A stretch of 64,000 nt of DNA from Klebsormidium nitens (Eukaryota; Plantae; Klebsormidiophyceae), in NCBI GenBank assembly GCA_000708835.1, contig DF237217.1, positions 1 through 64,000 of the forward strand, in the 5' to 3' direction. A program made the position numbers and the translations under genes. Positions 1 to 14,200 of this stretch are shown here, piece after piece. The notes under the pieces were generated by a model. That model was not told where the DNA came from. It made no database searches and saw only the letters and a list, made by a program, of their open reading frames with translations. Position 1 is the first letter of the stretch. Every line of letters starts with the position of its first letter.

Positions 1-1203
1 TTATAGGTTCCTATGCACAGAGCGGTACATGGATTTGTTTGTTGGCCAGTCCGCATTTAGTCTGCGTCATTTTATAGGTCAGGAGAACCAACAAAGGGTT
101 GCTAGCTTTGTTAGAGAGGCGTTTAGGACTCGAGACTACATTCAGACCTTGTCTCATGAGCCACTATGGCTCCTACGGGACTTTAGAATAAATTGATTGA
201 TTGATTGATTGACACCTTCGGTTCTCGGCGAATTCACCAAAAGTTCACCCTCTCTGTGTGTATAGACCCTAAGATGATGCTTGGTCGTCAGCCCGAGCCG
301 CCCCGTCTTCCGGATCGATCGACGGTCAGCATTGCTAGTAGGCACGTAATCGACCGTCAAGGGCTCTGATCCAATTTACGCGCGCGGCTTCCATTTTGAC
401 GTCAGACGGCTTAGCACTGCTCAGGATTTACCTATATAGTATAGGTACATTATATATCATGACTACAGTAGTTCAAGACCCGAGCTGAGCCCTCCAGGCG
501 AAGCTGTTGGATTGGAGTCTAGGCCCGGAAGTCGAACTGTAGAGACTCAAGAAATGCTCCACCTGCTAGCTTGCACAGACTTCGAAGAGCACAATCGAAT
601 CTCGCGCTCAGGTGACGGGTCGCTACCTAGTGACATCACGCACCAACAGAAATCAGATCCTGCCGCGGCTCTTAATTGCCGCCCCCACTCCGGCTCATTG
701 ATCAAATATTCAGTTGAAGCCCACCGTACCTGAAGCATAAAGCGAACAAGTCATTTAGGCGTCACTTGCAATCATTGCAATTTGCAGCTCTTACCAAATT
801 CATCCATTGTGACTGACATCGGGCTGGTTAGTTTTGCTTTCCGGCAATCGGCTGAGGGCAATAATTCAAGGAAAAACGATTATGATGACGATGTCGAGTA
901 TCATTTATGTAGGGCGCTGTCCTTGCCTCGATTGGTCAACCCACGGGACAGCAAGATTTAGCTGGAAGATACAAGATCGCTTGAGCTTTTATTCTCTGCC
1001 GGCGATACCTAGTAAGGTGTACCTAAGGTACAACAGAAATTTCAAGATGCGCAATACAACAATATCTGTCGGAGTACTAGTGTTGAAGCAATTAGGGCCA
1101 GCTGATTAACCACAGGGAAAAATCACTATATATGTAAGCTGGAGGGCAGCAGTGGTGCATCGCCCTTCTTTTGAGATCTTTGATGCTTAGCAAGACTGGT
1201 TAG

Positions 1204-4200
1204 ATGCCCGTTAACAAACAGCTTGGTTATGGGCAAAAACTGATTGTGATAGTAAACGAGGATGGAAGCTGCGTCAAGCTAGCGATGGCATCTCCAACGC
1301 CATACAGCGAGCCCTTGAAACCAGCTTCCTATTTGCACTTACCAAGCATCAAGCAACTTGTCAGCAAAGGGAAGGTGGTTCCGCTTGAACCCGAAAATCT
1401 GAATATCAATGCGTTGCAGCCAAATAGTGACGGTCTCAAAGACATCAGCTCTGTTGAGAAAGGCACCCATTCTGATGTTCCTCCCACAACGGAAGAGGCA
1501 AAGGTTCCAGTGCACGTCTCCACAAGCAAGGAGGAACATGCAGATGCAACGCCCGCGAAGCAGCCAGAATCAGTGCCCGAGAAAGAGGCCCTCATTTCGA
1601 AAGCTGCACAGTTGCACGAGGGAGTATTGCAGCAAACGTCTGAAAGTGGCGCAGAAGAACGTTCTCATGATGCGGGGGTTGACGAGCTGCTAGCGAGTGG
1701 CAGCAATAGTGGCGGACGAAAGGTGGTTGTTGCGGAGAAGGTGGGCGGTCCTGCGGAGGCCTCGGAGGACTCGAAACAGATAGTCTCAGTTCCAAGGATC
1801 TCGCCTGAGGAATGGCTGCACCTGTTTCAGACCACTGGCCTGTGCCAGGTAAGCTGCGACCAAGCGCTCAGGCTGTTCACCTAAAGTATCTCTACTCGGA
1901 AGCTGAAGTAGTAGAGGCTTCGTCTCATGACTTTTCCAAAGAACACGTTCACTTCGCCTTGGCCGCAGCATGCGATCTGCTTCCAGCATTTCAAAGATCT
2001 GAAATTGGCGGACAAATGGTACTAGCCTTGAAAAGCTGAACTTCGAGTTCTGTCACGTTGAACCCATCCTACTCGTTGCGCCGCGGACGTCGATGTGCCC
2101 GGGTGAATTTGATTCCGGTAGTTTTCGATAGCTCTTCGGTACGACGCTTATCAGACTTATTCTCATATCCGACGCATATCAAGCGACTTAAGTCTCCTCA
2201 AGAGAAGACAAGCGTCCTTGCAAGGACCACCGTCTCAGTCGACTTTCTCCTGAAACGCTCAGCTCTTGTTGCACCGGGGTGCTGATGCTAAAGACGAAAC
2301 GCGACCCGCAGGCGTACGACCTCGAATCGGACCGCCCGACACCGGCGGGGACGCCCCTCTTCGTGGTGCAAAGGAGCCTTCCCGATTCACAGCGGCGCAA
2401 TCCCTTTGCCTCCTCAAATCGACCAGCGACAAGGGGCGGTGATGTCAGTCGAGGCGCCGGCAGTCCGGATCATATTTCTGGGCACCACATGCTTCCGGAC
2501 AAGCCGGCGTTCATTGTGGACGATCAGACACGGACGGTGGTTGAGGAGACTTACACGGAGCGTCACAAGTGAGTACTTCCCTCCCAAGTCAGTTGTTGAT
2601 GGCGGCACATGCGAACCGGGCGAGAAGAGTAGCAGCATCACTCACGTGGCAATTGAATTGAATAAAGGACTCAATATCTTGCTCACACTTCTCGAACTCA
2701 TCTGCTTGCCAACCTGGACACTGCGAACGGGTTCCAATAGAGTGCCGTTCTCATTTGTACTCGAGTTGGTCGACTTGTGACGAGCGAGGTGCGACATGCG
2801 CCGCTCAATCGAAACGATTTTAAATGACCATTGTAGGTACCTTGTGGAGATGGGTTTCTCGGCCGCAGACATTTCCGGCAGCGTACCTTACGTCAATGCT
2901 TCCATCAAGGCTGAGAAGAAGGAGAGACAGGCAGCCGAGCAAGTGAGACGCTAGCTCATCTTGCTTGGATGCATAGGATGGGGAGATTGGCGCCTTCGTA
3001 GAGCCCTTCGACGTCTTTTGAAGTTCTGTTTTTGACGACTCCTCAGAAGTGAAATTTGGGCTCATCTTCAGTTGGTTTAACTTCTTCATTTCTTGTGTTA
3101 CGCTTTTAAGTGGGAAAAGTGGTCCCTGCTTGCATAAAGGGTTGCAATTATGAACGTGAGACGCTTCGAATGTTTTGGAGCTTTACCTGGAATTGATTCG
3201 GAGATGCAAAAAAAAGTCCTGCCAAACCTGACTTGAAAAGAAGGTTGAGAGACAGGCAGAGCACCTTTGAACGTTGTCCAAGAGTCAATTGTCTCCTCTT
3301 TGCAAACCAGGCCGTGAAGCGCGTATTTGTGACGACCAGGGAGGAATTTCCGCGGTGCCGGATAGACATTGGGGCGAGCCTGCACAGCGAGTACCTCGTC
3401 ATCAACAAGAGCTTTATCGACGAGGTTCAGCAGGTAACTGTCGCCTCAAAGCCGGTCAGCTTATCGTAACGCCGAAGCCCTACTTTGTACGGAATTACAA
3501 ACAGGAGGTTGCTTCGAAGGGGTGCAGAAGGGAATCTGTCTCCAGTTTGCAAACGAAAGCGCACAAAGGCTTGCTTTTGAAGCACCCAAGAAGACGGACC
3601 AAATATTCTGGCGGAACTTCAGCAGTTCTCTCAGATTCAACCGGGATGATCCTGCTTGCGGTTTGGATAAGGCGCTCTGGCGGTTGTAAAGTAGTGTGTC
3701 ATTATGAGGTTCCAGAAGCAACTGACTTTTGGTACTTTATGGTCTGCATTATAAGTCAAAGTGGCAATCCTGCACGATGACAAGGCAGGTCTAAACGAGA
3801 AGTTCCATGAGCTGGAGGTCTGGACAGGCAAGAAATACGTGAAGCCTCACCTTTAATTCTGGGATTTGCTGAATTGTGGAACCAACGCTCCGTTCTTACA
3901 TTTTCTCTTCAAGGCAATCCGTCTTTGCTGAATCAGGTTACGTGCAAGGACATCAATCAGTACGAGAGGCGGAGACAGAAGGTACTCCGGTTGAGGCAGG
4001 CCATCTTTGACCTGTGGGACGAAAAGCCGTTGAGCAAACTCCGGCGGAAGTACAGCGACCTTGTATCACTTTATAGCTTGAACGCGGGGGGCACAATCGC
4101 AACTGACGAAGAATCAAGAACAGCCAATATAAACATAGAAGAAGCCAAGAGGCTCAAGGAGTTGTTGTTGCAAAGTCGAAGGGAGTCGGTGGAAGAAGAG

Positions 4201-7200
4201 CTGACTTTGAATCGACCAGAGGTGAAAGTGGACGAGGCAGAGCAAGAGGAACTGCAACGGCTTTGGGATGCTCTTAGTATGGAAGAGAAACTTGGAAGGA
4301 TTAGAAAGGATCAACAGAAGCGTGAGCAGAGAGAGCTGGCGCTAGTTGAGAAGAAGAGACGGCTGTCCGCAGAGATGAGTGTAGAAGACAAGCTAACGAG
4401 GGCAAGAGAAGAGAAAAAGATGAAGGAAGCAAGAGCTCAGGAGCAGCGTAGGATAGAGGAGAAACTAAGGCACGCTGAAGAAGAGAGGAAGCATCAGTGG
4501 GAAGGCTTGTCTCTCCAGGAGAAGCTAGCAAAGGGGAAAGACGGTGGCGAGAAAGCGGTGGCTCAGAATAATCGAACGGATTCTGAGGATGAGGAAGGCT
4601 TGCCAGCGCTGAAAGCATTTGCAAAAGTCATTGAGACAGCATTGAAGAGGGAGACCGCAACCCTGGGCCCGGAAAGAGAGAGGATCGTGACGAGCATGCA
4701 GGATATCATCAAGCGGTATGGGGCGGTCTGGATCGAAAGCGTAAGCATCTTCATGAGTCGTTTTACCATGTTCAAGAGGGAGTAACGCGTCTCAAAATTT
4801 TCTGCACGTGAGCGCAAAGGGACTGAGGTGCTGCTGTCCTGACCTTGTCATGCAACGTCGGTTGCTGTGAAATTGCGGCGGGAAATGTAGCATCAACATC
4901 CTAAGCAGCGCGTGATCTGAAAAACAACTCCAAGATGGTCCTTTGTTTGTCTGCAGATATGATAGGTTATTTTAGACAATCTTCTTGCTCGCCAGTCTTT
5001 CCAGATTGGACTGAGTCAACTTACAAATGGTTGACGTCTTAAAAGCAGACCTGACTGCAATCCTGAGCGTTGGTGACAGCATCGTCTTGATGCATTCCTC
5101 TCAGAGGTGTATGTCCTCAAACTGACTGCAATCTGCTTCCAGCTTTGTTGAGGAAAACGATGCTTGCAAAAGCTGACTTGAAGAAGTCTCGGGTTGCAGA
5201 TCACCTTGGGGGCTCAGCACATGAGTACAAGCGAGAGGAAGGAAACCTGGGACTCACGGGAAAAGGAGACGGCGACGAAAGTGACGGCAGGGCTGGCTGC
5301 GGCGCATGCTGGTGCCAAGGTCGGGGCACAAGCAACGCAGGAGAGTTCGAAGAAGGTAAGCCGAAAGTTTTTGCCCTTATTCATGCATCTGATCACCAGA
5401 CGCAACCGTATACTTCGTTCTTTTACAGGTAAGGAGTTCGCTTCTGTTTAACTCTACATCAGCTTTCAGCCGTGTTTTGTGAATGTGTGCAAAACCCCTA
5501 AACCTCTCGCCGCTCGCGCGCGGATCGGCTCACTGAGTGCGCGCCCCCGGCGAAGCGGCCGCGGCTCGTCAATCAGGCGGCTCTCAGCTCTCAAGGATGG
5601 AATGTGCACGGTGTGCAAAGTTCAGCGTGACTCCATTTGGCACGCTCTATTTTCCAGGAGTCTTCAGAAGACAAGGAGATGAGCAACACGCACTCCTCAA
5701 ACGCCACAGGGGGCGACACGATCGCGTTTCATGAGAACGCGGACGGCAAGAAGCATGGCTGGCTGGAGTCGATTCGGACTGCCGCTAACTGGCGGATCAT
5801 CAGTTACCGGAGCCTCCGGTTACTGAGTGAACTGCCGGGACTGGACTTTCCAACTGAGGAGACGGGGTATGACGGGGAGACGGTCGTGACATTCAGGAGG
5901 CTCTTGAAGGAAAGGCTGCAGGTTAGGATGCCCTTATCCGTGGGTTTGCAAGCGGTTTGGCGCCCGAAGGAATTCAAATGGCAAGCTTTAGATGGTTTCA
6001 GCTTCTCTGTGTGTTTCAGAACGCCCTTGTGAACTGTTGTAAAGGTCTAAAAATTTTGAGGTGTAGAGGAGGCAAGCGAAAAAGAGCCACAAGAACGAGA
6101 CAAATGTTGACTGTTTCAACTGCGGTGCTGGCTGTACGGTCAGAGGCGGCCGATATCGATGGTTCTCCATAAGAGCAGAACCACTTGTGCCAACAGAGAC
6201 GAGCATGGAAAGGAAATGACATGTTTTGGAATGTGTTGCTTCCAGGCGGTAGCCAACGACGTACGAGACAGTGAAGCAAAGAAGGTGAGCCTCGCTTTCG
6301 GCCTATTTATGTTAACGATTATATATGCAGGTATGCTTTTACCTCCCGTCTCTCGAAGTGACTTCAAACACCTGAGTCGCTTTAATATGATAGATTCTGT
6401 ATTACAGAGTCTTTCAGGCAATCAAGCGGTCTTGCCTACCTGGAACAAGAGAAGACATCAAGAGTCACAAAGCAAAGACGTTGCCTTACATGGCTTAAAA
6501 TCGCTTGACCGATTGCTGGGCTTGTCTTGCGGGAAGGCGTTCCGAATAAGCTCTTTCAGTTCACAGGTGACCAGATGAGCCTGGCAATCCAAACCCCAAT
6601 GTCAAAAAGAGAAGCATACATGGTACTTAAACGTCTAGAATCCAACGAGATGAGATGCAGATTTTTCTCGGAAGTTCCATAGGAGATGCTTCAGCAGAGG
6701 AATCACCGAGAGCGTTCAAGCCTAAGCCGCTCAAACAACGCATCAGAGCAAAGCTGTTTTGATTTTCCAGGACCCCCCTCGGCGGTCGCTCCACAGCGTG
6801 CTGAAGCTAGGCATCGTCGGCTACTGGTACGGCTTCGACTGCAGCGACCAAGGAGGGGGGTCCAGCTCAGGACCGAGTATTCTGCAGGTAATCTGGTAAC
6901 TTTGGATTGCATTGTTGCCGGGTTGCACTAAGATAAGCACCCGGAAGACCGATGGGATTAGTTGAGGGGTAAAAGTGAATGCTAGTGCGGAGCGCGTCAT
7001 AATCTGGGTTAGGAACTTCACAAAATGTTCTTGAGATTTCCGTATTTCAATGCAATCTGGGTTGATGCAGTTTCGGCCCCTGAAAGCGAGGATCACCCGG
7101 CCTTTCGACAACGTCTTCGATCTAGCGCAATATGGCCGGAAACCAGATGATTCTTGGAACCCAGAACTTCTGCACATAACGCAGTCCAAACTGGCCCTGC

Positions 7201-10200
7201 AACATTTTCAACGGTCCCGAGAACCTGAACTTGCCAGTATGCTGCAGGTCAAGATCAACAAGCGGCTCGACTTCACCGTCTCCTTCAAGGGAAAAGGGGT
7301 CGCCAAAGGGTTTCGCTTCCACGGCATGGGAGAGGACAAAGTGGACGGGGACTTCTGCGGGAACGGGGCGTTTTTCCTGGAGGGCTACGTCATCGAGGTA
7401 AGCCGTGACGCCCTGGGTTCGAGTACAACGCGCCGCCGTCTCGAATGTCCACGCGCGCGTCTTTGCGCACGCCGGGCCATGAGTGTGGGTGGATTGCGTA
7501 AATGCGTTGGTGCGAGCTGGCTTGGGGACCTTTGAGTCTGTCTGCTCTTGGATTGTCTTCAAAGTTTCAAGTCCGACGTTCCGTCATTGGAATAGACGAA
7601 CGGACGCGTATTGCTGCTGCACAGATTCGGTTGAACCTGGCCGCCTGAGACCCTTCAATAACGAGTGATATTCCACCCGTCAAGCGGCCCCGAGTCATCC
7701 GATTTATTTCAGGATGCTCGAATTGGGGATGAGTCCGGCCGCGGCGGCCAGGTCTTTCCAAACCTGCAGTCTTTCAGTAGCGCAACAGCTCCTCATGCAA
7801 AGGAATCAGTTTGCTTGCTTGTAGATTCACCCGGTATTGAACAAACGGAGGCGGTATGCGAGAGTATTACACCCCTCGCACGACCAGAGCCGTTACAGGT
7901 TAGCGCTGCCTTTTTGCAGGTAGACGGTGCCCAGCTGTCAAAGAGTCCGTACCGGCCGCTCGGCCTGGTAAAGATGGTCAAGCGTGACATCACAACCGGG
8001 GTGGCTTTCAACTACTTCGGCCACGTGGACTGGACCGGGATGCACGGGGTCTGGAGGGCTTGCGAGCGGAAGGCTGGAACGGAAGGGGAGCCGCAGAGCG
8101 GATCCTGGAGCCTCGCGCCGGTGAAGTTTCTTCCCTGGGACACTGTAGATGGTGAGCTTCTCACTTTTGTCAGAACGGCGTTCAGTCTCAGCGTAACTGC
8201 CCTGCCGCTTGCTGAGGTAGATCAGGTTTTGAGAACCTCAATTTTCATCCCTCCGGCAGTACGAGATTAGTCTACTCGGACCAGAATGAGCAGAAGTGCT
8301 CTCCCGGTCCCGTTGCATTCTAATCAACGGGACAAAACGGGGATTGATCGCAGGAACTCTTCAGAAACTCGAGCTTCTCCTTTGGCTTTCGGTGAATCAG
8401 TTCAACTATGGCTTTCGCACCGTTCTTTTGACTTTCTAACTCCTTCGCAACAAATTCGCCCAAAATTCCACTTTCTTCCTACTCGAGGCCAAGTTTCATT
8501 GAAATCCGTGACGAAGCCTCTGACAACATGCTCGTTCCGTTCAGTGAATAGAGATCTGACGCTTACCGTCGAACGCGATCATCTTCGAAATTGCGAACGA
8601 ATGTTACGCGATGCAGGAACTTGAATTCTGCGCTTCGGAATCTATTTAACCCCACAAGAGCAAAGAGCAAGACAGTTAAAATAACAAACCAAAGACAAAA
8701 CATCTCTCTTTTGTACAGAACCCTGGACGTTCCGCGAGCGCGAGGCGCACATCAACGAGCCCCGCCGCCGGTGGCTGCTTCCCTCCGACGAGACTCTAGC
8801 CAAGCTTGAGAAAACCAGCGCCTCGGTGCACTCCTCGAAGCGCCTCGACCCGACGCTTGCGGAGGGTTTGTGGCAGGTAAGTCTCGGTTTTCGCGTTCGG
8901 TTAGAGCTCGACCCACAAACCTGGCTCCCCTTATAACGTGATCCTGGAATCAACTACTATAAGTGAGCAAGATGTGGACCAATTTATGGCTGAAAGGGTG
9001 CCAGGATTTGATTGAAGTCTCATAGGTTGGTCAAAGGGGTCGGCTGAGGCGTTGGCGTAAAGAAGCTCCAAGACTTCGTTATTAAGGACTAGACTGAGAA
9101 TGATTACTTCCCCGGCTTAAAAGAACAAAGACTCTGAACCCAAAATTAGCAAGCTCAGTGCACACAAACCTACCGTTAAACCCCAAACCAACCTCACCCG
9201 TTACCAAAATAGTGATCTCACTCTACCTGACCGTACCTCAACGGAAGTTTGATACTTCTTGTGACAGGGCTACTATCTGCGCGCGCACCCAACGGACGTG
9301 GACCTCCAGCACTTTCTGTTCAAGGTCGGGAAGTACTCCATATCCGACGTCTTCAAGCGCCTGGGGAAGGATGGGCCGTCCCCGAAAGAGGGGGGTCCGG
9401 GGCCGTACCAGGCGCACCCCCTGGAATGGAAGCGGGTGCAAGCGCCGGCATTCTTGGAGCTGGAAATTAAGACGTGCGCGCTAGTGGGGGGCCAATTTGG
9501 CTGGCAGCGATTTGAGGTGGGGGGGTGGGCGCGGGAAGGGGAGAAGCGGTATACGGTGCAAGGCTTCATCCAACAGGTTAGTAGGGGGAGATCACTGGGG
9601 TGACCGGCCTGCGTCTTGACACGTGGATCTGCTAAGCAGTGAATCATTTCCGCACAAGTCAGGAAGATTTTGATTCCGAAGGTTGGCCAGAAAAACGGGG
9701 GTTGAAAAGTTTGCCGAAATGAATCTATCTACGCTGGTCGTGAGCCTGAAGGAAATTCAGTGCGAGGCACAGTCTCTAGTGGCTACTGGTTCCTTCATGT
9801 GAACGAACAAAAGACCAGATGTGTCATACGAAAGAAGATCAGAACTTCATCAGGCTAAGGGTGGACTCGAGCCACCATTTCAAGATTTGCAGAAACTCGA
9901 GCCCCAACTCTTCGAAGCCGATAAGTGTGTCGGGAGATATGATGACTGGCTGCGGTCAGCGCAATCTCGTGTACTCAGATTTCCATTCCCTGGCACCTCA
10001 AGTATGTTTCGTTCCAAACGGCCTTTATCCAGTCAGGCTTTTTGCAGGTTCCAAGCGACCCGACACTCCTAACATCCTTGTATCCAGGCCCTTGACAAGA
10101 AGAACCTTCACGCCCCTTTCAACCATCCGTGCTTGCTTGCAGGTGCCGTCCCGACACTCGAAGCGCAACCTTCACGACTACCCGTACTTGGGGAAGGTCG

Positions 10201-10412
10201 GCTTGACGCTCACCCGGTCGGGCCTACCGGGCACTTCCGTCGTGCGAAAGTACTACGAAGGGCACCTCGACCACCTAGGGATGCACGGGTCCGTCTCAAA
10301 AACTCCCCCCGGTAGCGACCGGGGCAAAGTGGAAGCCACGTTTGCGTTGATGCCGGTCAGCCTAGAGGTGAAGGCCAAGAAAAAGCTGGCCTTCTTATGC
10401 TTCGGTCGGTGA
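1204..10412 (+). CDS. Large multi-exon hypothetical protein (~1,200 aa): low-complexity N-terminus, central coiled coil, two related beta-rich C-terminal repeats
   Basis: Phase-compatible GT-AG exon chain, approximately 1204-1849, 2294-2568, 2838-2942, 3311-3432, ~3785-3838, 3938-4740, 5200-5355, 5658-5921, 6246-6284, 6771-~6896, ~7248-7397, ~7921-8151, ~8718-8877, ~9269-9576, ~10143-10412. The donor at 4740 and the phase-0 exon 5200-5355 join what the ORF track shows as two genes. No family recognised, and some boundaries are approximate. Confidence 0.62.
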
Positions 10413-11234
10413 GAGAGTCTTGTATATAGAAGATGGTTTGACGTGTTGTCCTAGGGTCATTAAGTCCAATGAACTACCCCAAGGGCCCAGATCCGTGTTG
10501 ACACGTGTCGCCCCTGCCGAGCAGCGAGCAGTGACATCATGAGGTGCCTTGCCAACGGCCATTCGTATGATTGTTATCAAATCGTTGCTCAATCGGCCCA
10601 TGGAAACATCCTAACCACCCCGCCGGCCATAATGCACCGGCGTGCCTGGGAGCGCGGTAACGTGGCATGCAGACCGTATATGTCAGCACAGCGCTGCGCA
10701 ACGCTGCTGTGAAAGATGCATGAAAATGCCTGTACATTGCCGCGCTGAACGTTTGATGCAGTTATTCAAAGGTTATACAGAATTATAGTGCACGGGCCAC
10801 TGATGGCAACGTCCCGGACTTCACAGTATGGCCACTTCACGCAAATCAAGATGCTTGCGACCTTAACGAACCATGTTTTGCCCCCTTGAAAATGCGTGCA
10901 CGATCTCATTCGCTTACTCAGACGATCCTGACGAGTAGTGGCTGTTTTGCATGCCCTGATCGAGTTTGCCGGAGTCACACTTCAAGGTCCGAGGCTCTAA
11001 GGCATAGCGCACCGTGCGTATACGCTCGGTTTACGTAACCCAGATCGACCATTGGGCTGGCAGCCATGCGGATCCCGCACGCGCGGGTACATAAGATCTT
11101 CGATGAAGTGGTAATGCTCCGCTTCTTCAAGTATTATTGATGAGACAAAGGTGCCCATGCGTCGAAAGAGAACGCGTCGATTTCAAGTCAACTATTTAAC
11201 ATACAAGTGAAGAGAGCCGCACAAGCCCCCGCCC

Positions 11235-14200
11235 TTATTCTCCCTTGAGAGCCACCTCGATGATCTTATCCAACTTGGCAACCTGCTCCTGCGTAACCTC
11301 CTTGCTGGCGTGGGGCTTGATCGACTTGCGCAAGTTGGGCGACAACTTGAGGCACGTGACGCATCCACGGTCGTCACCCACCAACAGGATCGGGTGCTGC
11401 GGAAGTACGAGGAAGCGTAAGCAAGTGGTTCATGATGCTTTGAAGGTGATCAAATGAGCGGTACTGATCGTGCTTATTTAAGATTGCGAAGTCGTGTTTA
11501 AACATGCTTTCAAGGTGGTCATATGTGCGTCCAAGGTCTAGAAAGAAAGAGACACGTCAGCTCGTGACGCTCTGGGGCCTGCCAGAAGTGGAGAAAGAGT
11601 AATCAGACTAGCATTTTCATTTTGTCCGAACGTCGAGGAGCGCCGGAAGCAATAAATGCTCAGCGGAAGCCAAACTGGATCAATATGAGGGGGCTTTGTC
11701 CCGGAGCTCACCTTGGGATTGAACGACACCCGCGTCAGCTTGGCTTTCCGCACGATCTTCTGCTCGCACATGGGCTCGTGCTTGTTCTCGTTCAGGTCGA
11801 AGACGTGGACCTGGGCGAGCGGGGAAGACATGACGTCAGCACGAGCAGCAAGGGCCGACAGGCCGGTGCCAGAATGAGCACGCCAGGACTTTGAGACAGT
11901 ACCGGGGTCTTTGCCGAGGAAAAGAGCAATGGTCTGTAGCCCAGGCTGAATGAAAGCCATTCCGAGTCGAAAAGCTGGCTACTAGATTCTACGTGGGGGA
12001 TTGTGGCAGCCAATTCAAGGACGGCCTACCTTAACCGGGGTTAACGCTATTGTAAGCGGCAGTCTAAATGTCGGTTTGTTTGACGGAACCCGAAACGTCC
12101 TCACCTTTCCGTCGCTGGTGACCGCCGCAAAGGTCGTTGCAGAAAACGGCGCCCATGTGACGTCACTGACGCCGTTGTTCAGGTCGAACGACATGACCGG
12201 TTTCGGGTTAGTGTGCTCCCACAGCTTAACCGTCCAGTCAGCGCTCGCGGACAGGAACACCTTGGGGTGCCACGGGTTCCACTGGACGGTATATACCGCC
12301 ATAGAGTGGCCCTGCACAGGAGAAGGTGGTCATGATTCAAGTTTGGGTGAACTTTTTAGAATCAAGAATGGACATCCGAGCTCCGGTATTGACCCAACTG
12401 CTCGGTGCAAATTGTTAATCGGCGGCCTGCGCCGACTGGACGCTACACATGACATTACCAAACGCCACGCTTTTAATCCAGACAGACTCCCACGGAAAAA
12501 GTCAAGAAGACAAACAGTTTATTCCGGGTTTATTCCAGATTTATTCCAGATTCCAGAAATCAAGAAAACAACTCGTTTATCACAGTACCGCACATCATAT
12601 GCCCTACAATGAGACGAAAGCCACATTTCCAGTCATGCAACACACACACAGCACCAAGAAAACGGACGACGACGAGAAGAGAGCAAAATTTCACCTTGAT
12701 TTTGCGTGAAGGGCTTTGAAGCACCTGTGCCTAACAAAGAATCCAGGCTCAGAGCATACATCATCAAGGAAGAGGTCATTTACTAAAGACTACACATTTT
12801 TCACGAACCTTGTACGTTTCCAGATACTGCGAGTGGTAAGCCTTGGAGCACTTGTGTATCCTGCCCTCCTCCGTGCCCACAATAAAAAGGTGCTCGCTGT
12901 GCTGGTTGAAATCCAGACTGCATCCGCCGGCCAAACTGCCCAGCGCCGTCTCGTCCTCTTCCAGGTCCGTGTCCGACACGTTGCCGCTCAGCTTGAGCTC
13001 CATCACGTCCTGCAGGGAAATGGGAAAGACGCTTGTCAGAATTTCCTTTTTGGGGTGGAAACTGAACTTCGTCTCATAGAAAAGTGTACACAGTCGACTC
13101 TCGTCTGAGCCAGGAACAGTGCGCGAAGTCAAGCATCGTCCTAAAGAGTCACCAGGCTTGGTCGCGAGAGAACAAAACTTAGGTGAAACTGAGGTCAGCG
13201 CATATCCGGTTCCAGGAGAGTCGTCTTACGTGGAACTGCAGCTCGGACTTGCTCATTGTCCAGAGCGTGACGCGGCCGTCGCTGGAGACGCTGAAGAAGT
13301 TGAGCGACTTGCTTAGGTCCTCCTCCTGCCACCGCACCTAGAGGAAAACACGCGCGCGCCACGTCAGCTCGAACATCTAAAAGGCGCTAGTTTGGGACGG
13401 CGAACTTGAAAAACTGCCTGCCGCACAAGAATCTAATCGAAAGCGAAAAAGCGAATAAGCTAGTGTAGGACGTGTCCTTGAAATCACGACGAGAAGCTGC
13501 AAAGCCAACAGACATATGGATGGCTTTCTTAGGTCCTCAGAGGAGCACTAGATGCTCGTTGGCGTAAGAATGCTCCCTTATATAGTTCCCATCTGGTTTC
13601 CGATATTCAAAAGTTGTTTTTGCTGAAACTTTTGAGGGTCGATCGCGCATAAGCTCTGCAACGTCAGGGCACAATCGGTCAACCCGACGACGCTCCCCAA
13701 TTCGAACCGGGTCCAATCAGAAACGTTATACCACTCAGGCACCCTTACCAACTCACTTTTTCAATTCTAAACAGACCTGATACCGACCCGTCCAACGACC
13801 ACATTGCAGCCAAAATAGACGACCCCACAGAAGGTTTTTATTTCGAACCGCCCACCTGCCACACCGGGTCCGTGTGCTTGCCCGTCTTGACCGTCGATGC
13901 GAAGATCGGACGGTTGATCTTGTTCCGGACGTCGTACACCAGGACCGTTCCGTCGTAGAGACCCACGGCAAGCAGGCTGCTGTGCTGCGGGTGGAAGTCT
14001 AGGCACATGACGCCGGATTCCGTTGTGAACGTGTATTCCGGGTGCGACGGGTTTTTGAGGCTGTAGCAGCAGATGAGCCCGCTCGTCTGCCGCACGAAGT
14101 CGAAGCTGCCGTACCTGGGGGGTAGCAGCAGAAGGATTCGACGCCGAAAGGTCAGCGGGCTGCGAGGTTGCGCTCGTTTTGGAAGAGGCCGGATGTTTGA

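Noticed and set aside
190-215. (ATTG)n tract as the 3' tail of a non-LTR retroelement
   Set aside because: Only about five units, and no reverse transcriptase or endonuclease motifs or TSD are visible nearby.
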